A stretch of DNA of 50,356 bases from Octopus sinensis (taxonomy: Eukaryota): positions 1-50,356 of the forward strand of contig NW_021835934.1 of assembly GCF_006345805.1 (NCBI RefSeq), written 5' to 3'. Below are positions 12,516 through 22,747 of the stretch, in pieces. Every line of letters starts with the position of its first letter. Position 1 is the first letter of the stretch. Under the pieces are notes generated by a model. The model was not told where the DNA came from. It searched no databases and worked only from the letters and a program-made list of their open reading frames with translations. The translations under genes and the position numbers were made by a program.

Positions 12516-12655
12516 CTGTGGCATGGCTGTGTGGTAAGAAGCTTGCTTCCCAACCACATTGTTCCAGGTTCAGTTTCGCTACGCGAAACCTTGGGCAAGT
12601 GTCATCTGCTATTGCCCTGGGCCGACCAAAGCCCTGTGCGTAGATTTGGTGAACA
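12516..12655 (+). mobile_element. SINE-B head fragment
   Basis: TGGCTGTGTGGTAAG...ACCTTGGGCAAGTGTC...GATTTGGT. Confidence 0.8.
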
Positions 12656-12769
12656 CACACCACACAACACCACACACACACACAACAACACATATAATAT
12701 ATATTATATATATATATATTATATATATATATTATATGATATATATATATATATATATATATGCATGCA

Positions 12770-13001
12770 AAGGCGGCAAGCTTGCAGAAACGTTAGCACG
12801 CCCGGCGAAATGCGTAGCCGTATTTTGTCTGCTGTTACGTTCTGGGTTCAAATTCCGCCGAGATCGACTTTGCTTTTCATCCTTTCGGGGTCGATAAATT
12901 AAGTACCAGTTACGCACTGGGGTCGGTGTAATCGACTTAATCCGTTTGTCTGACCTTGTTTGTCCCCTCTGTGTTTATCCCCTTGTGGATAGTAAAGAAA
13001 T
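12770..13001 (+). mobile_element. SINE-A monomer
   Basis: Full match to family A. Confidence 0.92.
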
Positions 13002-13017
13002 ATATATATATATATGC

Positions 13018-13060
<43 letters not shown>

Positions 13061-13145
13061 TATGTATGTATGTATGTATGTATTATGTATGTATGTATGT
13101 ATGTATGTATGTATGCATGTATGTATGCATATATATGTGCGTATG

Positions 13146-13174
<29 letters not shown>

Positions 13175-13176
<2 letters not shown>

Positions 13177-13850
13177 TAATTGTTATCGCCATATTAATAT
13201 GGCAATCTTATAGATATAAGACTAAAAGCTTAAAAGACGAAACGCGTCTGTAGCTGTCTGACTAGCAGTGTGAAGCAGCTGACCTCCCTTGTTCGAAGGT
13301 TCTAATAGACACAGTTTGTGTGTCATATAGCTATCTTAAGGCGATAGCCTCATGGAGCTAATCAGCAACAGCTTTTAGTCTTATATCTATAAGATTGCCA
13401 TATTAATATGGCGATAACAATTAATTTCCAGTAACGCTGTCGTAATCTCTTTTAGAGAGACTTAGTAATTTTAATATTTCTATTATTGAAAACAAGTGGA
13501 TGTATTCCACCGATAATAGGTAAATAGAACCTTCGAACAGAGACGATCAGTGACGACACCTGCTGAGTCGACTACGCTACATTGACAAGGGGCAAATACC
13601 CTGAAACGCGTCTGTAGCTGTCTGACTAGCAGTGTGAAGCGGCTGACCTCCCTTGTTCGAAGGTTCTAATGGACACAGTTTGTGTGTCATATAGCTATCT
13701 TAAGGCGATGGCCTCATGGAGCTAATCAGCGACAGGATTTAGTCTTATATCTATAAGATTGCCATATTAATATGGCGATAACAATTAATTTCCAGTAACG
13801 CTGTCGTAATCTCTTTTAGAGAGACTTAGTAATTTTAATATTTCTATTAT
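13175..13850 (+). mobile_element. Retrozyme-like non-autonomous Penelope-type element: 364-nt tandem unit (1.7 copies) with an inverted 5' segment, inserted in (TA)n
   Basis: 13239-13486 is repeated at 13603-13850 (period 364, six substitutions). 13175-13230 is the reverse complement of 13370-13425. An HHR spans the unit junction. Confidence 0.85.
13576..13618 (+). ncRNA. Minimal type I hammerhead ribozyme with a U3-A8 core variant
   Basis: Stem I GCTACA/TGTAGC, core TTGACAA, stem II GGGG-caaata-CCCT, GAAA, palindromic stem III CGCG, predicted cleavage after GUC (13612). Confidence 0.8.
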
Positions 13851-13894
13851 ATATATATATTAATATATATATATATATATACTATATATATAAG

Positions 13895-14140
13895 TATACG
13901 ACAGAAGCCTGTCGTATACTTATATACATATATGTAAGTGTCTTTCTGCCTGTGTCTGTCTCCCACTGTCGCTTGAATACGGTGTTGGTGTTTTTACGTC
14001 CCTGTAACTTGGTGATTTGACGCTAGAGACCGATAGAAGAAGTACCGGGCTTAAAAAGAATAATTACTGGTGTCTACTAAAATTCTTCAAGGATGTGCTC
14101 AAGCATGGCCGCAGTCTAATGACTGAAACAAGTAAAAGAG
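13895..14140 (+). mobile_element. SINE-B 3' half, diverged
   Basis: GAAGCCTGTCGTAT...GACCGATAGAAGAAGTAC...GCATGGCCGCAGTCTAATGACTGAAACAAGTAAAAGAG. Confidence 0.85.
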
Positions 14141-15040
14141 ATCAAATAAGAGATAATTAATGAATTTTGCTGCATCTTTAGAGAATCATTATGGCTATAA
14201 TAAATGCATGCACTGGTTCTATTTCCCTTCATTTATTGTTAAGACCTCAATTAGTTAACATTTAGCCAATTAGCTAATCGATTACTTGATTAATCGTTCG
14301 GTCAACCAATGAACCAGCTTGGTTTGTCAAAGTGCTTTGGTCGCCATTTGCGATTACATCAATGATACGACTCCTTCAGATCTGATTCAGTTCTGTCTGT
14401 CTGTCTGTCAAACTCTGTTTCAACGCAGGAGTTTACGTTGTGAATCTCACAGACCAAAAACAAAAGAGAAAATATTTACTAAATCGATTCTTTTGGATCA
14501 ACGGAAACCTCTGTCTAAGCTACAAAGGAACAAGAAGAACTCCGAAAGAAGAAATAACGTGTAGCAGCGCCCTGTAAGAAATTCTGTTCACAGGAACAAA
14601 CAATTTATACTCTAAAGAGAAAAGGAGTGATTCAACATGGAGAATGCAAAAAATAAATGAAGTCGTATAAACCGTTTTATGTAAATACAAAAAAAATGTC
14701 ATTCTAGAAACAAAAGAAAAGCTAAGACAAATTATATCAACCAAAGTATTAAAGGGAAAATACTGCCAAAAATGTCAGTGTTTCCCCCAGGAGAACAAGG
14801 TATATGAATTAAATACCAAAATGTTATACACAGAGTTTTAACAAAAGATATGCAATGATGGAGGATAGAGCAACAGCAACTAAGGCCAAATATACTAGGA
14901 GTGGGGGAATATGGGGGAAAACACATTCAACATAATAAAAATAGTTCAACTGACCAAAAGGGAAAAGGATATACGTATACATGCACACACACACACACAT
15001 ATATATATATACGTCACACACCATTTATATATACATACTC

Positions 15041-15124
<84 letters not shown>

Positions 15125-15125
<1 letters not shown>

Positions 15126-15460
15126 GATGGTATTATTAAAATCCATCACAAGTAGTAAGCGAATTATCAGCCATACAGGCAAATTAATAAAATATATACA
15201 TACAATATTAGATATGTACATATATACACAAGGGTAGTACATGAGTACCTATATCACTAATGATAGAAGTAAAAAGTACTTCTGTACCACCGAAAAGTCA
15301 CAAATCTATTACACACAAGATAGGAAAAAATATCAGTGAATAATAACAATGTCTTACCTCAAATGGGTCAGAACAAGTAAATGCTGGTCAACCTGGTACT
15401 GGTTTCGAAATTTAGCGCCAAATAGGCACGTGATTTCTCATAAGCCAAAGTCTGCCAGCT
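15125..15460 (-). mobile_element. Insertion of about 335 bp in (TA)n carrying a degenerate HHR (family 3)
   Basis: Absent from the inverted partner copy. HHR-like motif at 15394-15447. Confidence 0.6.
15394..15447 (-). ncRNA. Degenerate minimal HHR (G5 mutated)
   Basis: TGG-CTTATGA-GAAAT..GTGCC-tattt-GGCGC..ATTTC-GAAA-CCAG-TA-CCA on the minus strand. Confidence 0.55.
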
Positions 15461-15490
15461 ATATATATATATTTTATATAATATATATGT

Positions 15491-15549
<59 letters not shown>

Positions 15550-15662
15550 TGTGTATACATGTATGCAAATTAGGGGCTCCTTCGTAGAGTAACTGCTGCA
15601 TTTGTTGAGTATATAAACAATTTGGCTGCTTGTTTCTCTGGAGTCTGTCGGAATGATGTGGA

Positions 15663-15707
15663 AGCCTCTGATGAGAACCCAATAAGGTTCGGAAATTGAT
15701 TAAGGCT
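15663..15707 (+). ncRNA. Minimal type I HHR with A13>G (probably inactive)
   Basis: AGCCT-CTGATGA-GAACC-caataa-GGTTC-GGAA-ATTGAT-TA-AGGCT. Confidence 0.75.
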
Positions 15708-15774
15708 GTTCATTTGTTTTTCAGTCTGCGGAGAAATGACTAAAACTTTTCCATGTTTATAATTATGCAATATA

Positions 15775-15842
15775 TTACACACACACAGGCGCGCGCGCAC
15801 AACACACACACACACATACATACATATATAATATATGTATAG

Positions 15843-15876
<34 letters not shown>

Positions 15877-15979
15877 GTATATGTATATGTATGTATATAT
15901 ATGCAATATATAAGAGGAATAACCACCAAGGTGGATTCCTAATATGTTAGAAGAAGACGCTAAATCGTCTTACCACTAT

Positions 15980-16065
<86 letters not shown>

Positions 16066-16090
16066 ACTCTTACATGCATACATACATAAA
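15775..16090. repeat. (CA)/(TA)/(TATG) microsatellites
   Basis: Seen directly. Confidence 0.85.
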
Positions 16091-16957
16091 ATATGTGTAT
16101 AAAATATGTGTACAATCATGTAACACGTTTGTGTATCCGCGGACGTGAGAAGAAGTCACGGGAGAAAATAATCTCACATGTGTTTCTAGGTCATTGTGAG
16201 TCGTCATCTTTGAATACCGAATTCGTTTCCACATCCCCGTAAGGAAAATAGATTCTATATCTAAGTGCAGGAGATAGTACGTTTACTGGCGGGCGTAAAG
16301 TTTGAAGAAGCTGGAATCAAATAACTTCAGAGCTACATGAAGCAGCGTGAAATAAAATATGACATTGGATAAAATATATCGTTGACCTATGTGTTTGTCT
16401 ATGAAGAGAATTGTCCCCCTGCACTGTTTCTGCAGCGAAAGGTTACGATACATAAATAACAAAGATAGTATTCATTTCTTCCGAGGAAACTCTCGGTTAT
16501 GAACCCAGCATGCTTCAACTGTTTCACTCTGCGCAATGAGTGATTAAGGAAATATATAATGAATTATTTTTTATATGGTCTGTTCTGGTCTACATTACTT
16601 CAATTATCCATTACTACATTACCCATTAGACGTTATTTCTTTCTTTATTATTTATTTATTTCTATGCATTGAACTGCTTCAAATATACGAAATCTAATAA
16701 CGACACAATACATATTGCAACGCTACGATGTTAATTCACTTATTGAAAGGCGACACTTTACTCTACCGATACTCTGAGAAAAACATTTGACAAACCGCAT
16801 GCGTAGATCTATGCAATCCAATTTTTTTTTTGTGTGAGTCTCGCTTCATGTAGTATTTTCGGATCAGCCAAAAGCAGATCAATTCTATAAATGTTTCCCC
16901 ATAAAAACTATTATACAAGATTAATTAATAGCTTATATATATATATTACAAGCGAAG

Positions 16958-17561
16958 AAAGGCGGTGAGCTGGCAGAAACGTTAGCACGCCGGGCGAAAT
17001 GTTTAGCAGTATTTCGCCCGTCGCTACGTTCTGAGTTCAAATTCCGCCGAGGTCGACGTTGCCTTTCATCCTTTCGGGGTCGATTAAATAAGTACCAGTT
17101 ACGCACTGGGGTCGATATAAGTGACTTAATCCGTTTGTCTGTCCTTGTTTGTCCCATCTGTGTTTAGCTCCTTGTGGGTAATAAAGAAATCGGTATTTCG
17201 TCTGCCGTTACGTTTTGAGTTCAAATTCCGCCGAGGTCGACTTTGCCTTTCATCCTTTCGGGGTCGATAAATTAAGTACCAGTTACGCACTGGGATCGAT
17301 ATAATCGACTTAATCCGCGTGTCTGTCCTTGTTTGTCCCATCTGTGTTTAGCCCCTTGTGGGTAATAAAGAAATCGGTATTTCGTCTGCCGTTACGTTCT
17401 GAGTTCAAATTCCGCCGAGGTTGACTTTGCCTTTCATCCTTTCGGCGTCGATATATAAAGTACCAATTTCCCACTGGGGTCGATATAATCGACTTAATCC
17501 GTGTGTCTGTCCTTGTTTGCCCCCCCACCTCTGTGTTTAGCCCCTTGTGGGCAATAAAGAA
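16958..17561 (+). mobile_element. SINE-A trimer (one head plus three 184-nt bodies) with a 19-bp TSD
   Basis: Units restart at 17191 and 17375. ATATATATTACAAGCGAAG occurs at 16939-16957 and 17562-17580. Confidence 0.92.
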
Positions 17562-18013
17562 ATATATATTACAAGCGAAGTTGAAACGGTGACGGAAAGG
17601 GTTGTATAACTATAAAGAACAGCGACTGGTGAATCGGACGATTACAGAAGATACGAGAAGCAGGAAACCAGATGCTGTAGCATGACCTGGATTGATAGAC
17701 TCCATAAAATAGTGCTGTCCCAATAGTAATAGCAATCCCAATATTAACAACAGCACTAATACTGATAGCTGCCCTAGTACTAACACCAGTTCTAATTCTA
17801 ACAACAGCCCTAATATTAACACCAGCCACGTTTTTATCGAAGTACGGTAATCAAATTATGCTAAAATGGCAAACAACGTTGCTAAAAGGCAAAGAGGAGA
17901 TAATTAAACTAATTTTCTGTCTAACCTCGACTCCAGCAATTCATCAGCAATCTTCTCTATTCTTTTACTTGTTATAGTAATTTGAACTGCGGTCATGCTG
18001 GAGCACGGCCTTG

Positions 18014-18100
18014 AAAAAATAGGGAACGCTTCACGAATTTGGGTGTCATCCTGCGCAGGGGCCATACTAATTTTCTCTGTGTCATTCCAAATTTAGAGTA
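18014..18100 (-). pseudogene. U6: 5'-truncated U6 snRNA pseudogene
   Basis: Reverse complement TTGGAATGACACAGAGAAAATTAGTATGGCCCCTGCGCAGGATGACACCCAAATTCGTGAAGCGTTCCCTATTTTTT matches canonical U6 (ACAGAGA box, ISL, 3' oligo-U) with several substitutions and no 5' stem. Confidence 0.92.
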
Positions 18101-18226
18101 GAAGCACGTGGCTTAATGGTTAGGGTGTTCAAAGTAAATGTCACAGATTTTGTGTGTTCTTAAAATCAGAACGAGATGAATGAAGGTGGCGATCTGAACA
18201 ATGGCGATTTGGTGCTGCTGACTGGA

Positions 18227-18665
18227 GAAACGGAACCAATTATCTCATGGAAAAGCAGGAGAATATTAGACGTTAGAATATGGAAAAGTTTTAGCCATTT
18301 CTCCGCAGACTGAAAAAATTATGAATAACCTTAATCAATTTTCGAACCTTATTTGGTTCTCATCAGAGGCGTCTACATCATTCTGACAATCTCCGGAGAA
18401 ACAATCAGCCAAACTGCTTATATACTCAACAAATGCCGCAGTTACTCTACGAAGGAGTCCCTAATTTGCATACATGTATACACACACACACACCACACAC
18501 ACACACACACGTATATAACATATATATTATATAGAATATATATATATTTATTCGTGTATGTATATATAAATGGTGTGTGTACGTATATATATATGTGCGT
18601 ATGTGTATGTGTGTATACCTATATCCTTTCCCTTTTGGTCAGTTGAACTATTATGATTTTGTTTT
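18227..18665 (-). mobile_element. HHR-bearing non-coding element (family 2), right arm of the inverted pair
   Basis: Reverse-complement homologue of 14930-15757. Its end (18227-18282) is also present inverted at 19046-19102. Confidence 0.75.
18328..18370 (-). ncRNA. Minimal type I HHR with an intact canonical core
   Basis: GCCT-CTGATGA-GAACC-aaataa-GGTTC-GAAA-ATTGAT-TA-AGGT. Stem III is a near-palindrome of ATCGAT. Confidence 0.82.
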
Positions 18666-18782
18666 GGCTACAGTATTTTTCGTTACCGGAAACAAGCAGA
18701 AACATGTACGCGAGTACACAGAAATATACTTATACAAAAAGTGAGAAAGAGAGAGAGATAGCTTCAGGAAAGAGAGAGAGAG

Positions 18783-18825
<43 letters not shown>

Positions 18826-19209
18826 TTACAATTTATTTATTGAAGGGGGTTGATATAAACACTGTTCTCTCTCCACATAGACATCAAAAAAAATATATGC
18901 TCACACACATAAACAGAGTAAGAGAGAAAGGAAGAAAGAGAAGGAGAGGGGGGGAAGAGAACGAGAAAATAGTTAGAAACGTTTGATATAAAATAAGTTA
19001 GATTCGAACCAGCGACGCCAAACAGTTGAGATCCAAACGGTTAAGCCATATTCTAACGTCTCATATTCTCCTGCTTTTCCATGAGAGAATTGGTTTCGTT
19101 TCAACGCGTGATCTCAGGCGAAATCCCTTGCAAAACAAGTACAAATCCGCAAGTGGGTCTTGCATAAGTAAATTTCCTTCTACGACTCATGTAGACCTAT
19201 GAGTCTACA

Positions 19210-19335
19210 AGAGCCGGTTTCACGGTTTCCATGGCCATTCCGCCGCAGGATTGCTCATTTTTGCCAGCTGAGGGAACTGATGCAACGTGGAATGAAGTAT
19301 CTTACTCAAGAACACATCGCGTAGACCTGTCTAGG
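19210..19335 (-). mobile_element. SINE-D fragment, diverged
   Basis: ccggtttc...ctcatttttgccagctga...gcaacgtggaatgaagt...ctcaagaacac matches 30467-30718. Confidence 0.7.
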
Positions 19336-19612
19336 ACTCAATAAATTTCTAAGACGGGGGTAAATAAAACAATATTGCTGCAATGCCGCCCCCTGTTTAT
19401 TTATCTGGTGAATTTATCTGGTAAAATATGGAAGGTCTCTTTTCAATATAATTACTCGATACTCCCTGAATCTTTCTTCAATATTTCAAACTGTCTCTGC
19501 TATTGTAGTTTCACAGAGTTAGCATATGATCCACCTGGGTATCTAATGCTGTATATTATAGTTGTTTTGTAGTGTGCACTTGATATGTAGCAGGCCTCAG
19601 GGATTCTCACTT

Positions 19613-19697
<85 letters not shown>

Positions 19698-19699
19698 TA

Positions 19700-20368
19700 T
19701 ATAATAAAAGAATGAAAAAATCTCACAGTCTATATAAATGTTTTAATATACTTTTGTAAGTGAAAGGGTATTGTGTTTGTCGACCGGTTTCGCTTTCGCT
19801 AACCATGACTCTGAAATTATTGTAATTTTGTACTTTCTTAAGAAGATTTTAGTCCACGTTCTGTATGGAAATTTGTGAATAAATCAACAAGTAGAAAACT
19901 CTAAGGAGAGATAATTGGTGATCGTCATTACTCAGGACATGGGAGTTCATTGTTCTAGGTGGGTGGGTGGTGGGATAATTAAATATACAAAACCTCAAAA
20001 GCTAAGGTAGTAAGATGAAATATGTACCGTGATGGGTATATGATCACGAATTAAAATATATACTGAGACCAAAGTTGGTTATGCGTTCATATTTAGGCGT
20101 GATCTGTATTTTTCGATAAATAAATTTTCTTTATTTATACATTCTTGTACAGAAATTGTTTCTTTGCACTGGTAGATGTGGAAAACTGTGAAGTTTGATT
20201 GGATATTACCCGCACAACTCTCTATATGTTCACTCAAAGGAATCTGTCTGTACTTTGGGAAACGGATTTGTTCCTTATCTAGTGAGGGTCTCCGTCTAAG
20301 TGTCATATTTGTCTGTCCTGTGTAGTTATGTTCATAACCTGAAATTGTTATAACATAAATTAGATTTT
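19700..20368 (-). mobile_element. Penelope-like 3' fragment (GIY-YIG C-terminus plus pseudo-LTR)
   Basis: The minus frame reads NLIYVITISGYEHNYTGQTNMTLRRR...LSEHIESC...FHIYQC...KENLFIEKYRSRLN* (20368-20079), followed by an untranslated region containing GAAACCGGTC. Confidence 0.8.
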
Positions 20369-21233
20369 AGGAAACACACACACACATACACACACACGTA
20401 CATACGTGGCGTGTACTTACAGCCAGTCACATGCATAGACGAGATGTGTCGCCTCCGCAAGAGCGATAACATTGAACAAGGTATTCACGTGTATTGCAAA
20501 TAGCCGCCCAGCTGTGTAAAGATTATATACATTATTCATTGTTTCTCATACATCGGAGACGACAAATATTGCCTAGGCATACACACCATTGACAAAAGCC
20601 CAGCTACGTTGAAATGCATCTGGCATCCATGCTAGCCACTTCTGGGACGATTTTTTCCTCCCTCTGATATATATTATATTTTTAAACAGCAGTTTCATAA
20701 GAGATGTTCTGTCTGGGCGAATACCGCAGTAAACTGCCTTTTAACAATGTACTCACATTATACAGATGACTATTTTAATCTAATACTACTTCTATAACAC
20801 ACAACGAGTATATATGTATTGAACATTTGGTCATCGAGGTCACCTTCTACTGCACAGTTATTGTTTCATCTTTTTCCTACAGACGAATATTTTAAAGTTT
20901 TTGATCCAGTCCTGTTTGCCAATAAATCTACTTCAATAGTAACATTTCTTCTATCTTCTTCTTTCTCCTCCTCTTTTTTTTCTCTCGTTCTCTGTTTTCC
21001 ATTATAGTTTTGAATACATGTACACGTTATTTGCTATTATACACATAAAGTATTTTTGTACTATCTTTTCGTGGTACATGTCTTTTGAAATTGGGGTTTT
21101 TACTGACTTGATGTAATTTCAACTGCGGGGGAAAACAAAGCGGAACAAATAATGATTTAGAAATAATATAACAGATAAAACCACACATAAATATACACGG
21201 CTCCGTACACGCAAGCTTTGTATACGCTCCACA

Positions 21234-21266
<33 letters not shown>

Positions 21267-21269
<3 letters not shown>

Positions 21270-21429
21270 CTGTGTGGTAAGTAGCTTGCTTACCAACCAC
21301 GTGGTTCTGGGTTCAGTCCCACTGCGTGGCACCTTGGGCAAGTGTCTTCTACTATAGCCTCGGGCCGACCAATGCCTTGTGAGTGGATTTGGTAGACGGA
21401 AACTGAAAGAAGCCTGTTGTATGTGTATG

Positions 21430-21460
<31 letters not shown>

Positions 21461-21801
21461 TTGTATGTGTGTGTGTTTGTCCCTCCAACATCGCTTGACA
21501 ACCGATGCTGGTGTGTTTACGCCTACGTAACTTAACGGTTCGGCAAAAGAATAAGTAGCATGACCACAGTCAAATGACTGAAACAAGTAAAAGAGTAAAG
21601 AGTATATATATATATATATATAATATATATATATATATTGGCTGTGTGGTAAGTAGCTTGCTTACCAACCACGTGGTTCTGGGTTCAGTCCCACTGCGTG
21701 GCACCTTGGGCAAGTGTCTTCTACTATAGCCTCGGGCCGACCAATGCCTTGTGAGTGGATTTGGTAGACGGAAACTGAAAGAAGCCTGTTGTATGTGTAT
21801 G

Positions 21802-21834
<33 letters not shown>

Positions 21835-21975
21835 TTGTATGTGTGTGTGTTTGTCCCTCCAACATCGCTTGACAACCGATGCTGGTGTGTTTACGCCTAC
21901 GTAACTTAACGGTTCGGCAAAAGAATAAGTAGCATGACCACAGTCAAATGACTGAAACAAGTAAAAGAGTAAAGA

Positions 21976-21978
<3 letters not shown>
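21267..21978 (+). mobile_element. Tandemly duplicated SINE-B (two copies, period about 372 bp)
   Basis: Both copies share the same internal deletion (gaataagtagcatgacc junction) and private variants. Confidence 0.92.
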
Positions 21979-22023
<45 letters not shown>

Positions 22024-22052
22024 ATATATGTATATATATATGTATATACACA

Positions 22053-22152
22053 TAGGCGTAGGAGTGGCTGTGTGGTAAGTAGCTTGCTTACCAACCACAT
22101 GGTTCCAGGTTCAGTCCCACTGCGTGGCTCCTTGGGCAAGTGTCTCCTGCTA
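22053..22152 (+). mobile_element. SINE-B head fragment
   Basis: AGGCGTAGGAGTGGCTGTGTGGTAAG...CTTGGGCAAGTGTC. Confidence 0.85.
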
Positions 22153-22164
22153 TCGTTGGCCAAG

Positions 22165-22574
22165 CGAAAAGGAATGTAGCTCTTCCATGATATTACAACA
22201 CCACATATTGTCCAAATCGCTAAAATAAAATAAAAAAAAGGACTATAGTACTAAATATGAAAGTTTTCTCTCATCCTTCTTACTTTCTTGACCTTGCTCC
22301 ATCTGGTTATCAACTTTTCAGATCATTGAAACATTATTTTAAGGGGAAAAAAGAAAAAAAAAAAACAGTTTATCAGTTCTGAAGAAGTGAAAAATTATAT
22401 TGAGTGCATCATTGATTCTAAGACCTGAAAATTTTTACTCCCCGAAGGACCACAAATTTGCCAAATAGCGAAAGGAAATATTATCTTGATTAAATATATC
22501 AGTTAAGACCAACGGAGTATTCGATTCGTTATTTCCCCATCTAGAAATACGAAGGACTTTCTTTGCAAACTAGT
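22165..22574 (+). mobile_element. Mariner transposase 3' relic with a decayed right TIR
   Basis: Translation LFHDITTPH...KVFSHPSYFLDLAPSGYQLFRSLKHYFKGKK..FISSEEVKNYI resembles the mariner HDNARPH and HPPYSPDLAPSDYHLF motifs. Confidence 0.8.
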
Positions 22575-22667
22575 ATAATAGAATTTAGTATGTTTTATAC
22601 TTTTAACATAACTCATATTGCAAACTTATTGTTATATTGTGAAGAAAGAAAAAACAATCTAAAAGAA

Positions 22668-22699
22668 TATTATTATTATTATTATTATTATTATTATCA

Positions 22700-22747
<48 letters not shown>

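Larger units (their letters stand above)
14930..15757 (+). mobile_element. HHR-bearing non-coding element (family 2), left arm of an inverted pair
   Basis: Aligns in reverse complement to 18280-18665, including the flanking microsatellites. Interrupted by 15125-15460. Confidence 0.75.

Noticed and set aside
14290-14590. Unique-looking sequence with a minus-strand acceptor-like tttcttacag at about 14575
   Set aside because: All frames hit stops within about 25 codons, there is no good donor, and no homology was recognised.
16170-16335. Minus-strand CTGAAG...GAAACACATGTG resembling a split HHR
   Set aside because: The core is incomplete, the cleavage-site base would be G, and stem I is only 2 bp.
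17569-17829. Hydrophobic minus-strand ORFs (86 aa and 70 aa)
   Set aside because: They derive largely from a degenerate short-period repeat (tattaacaacagc-like). There are no recognisable domains or convincing splice sites.
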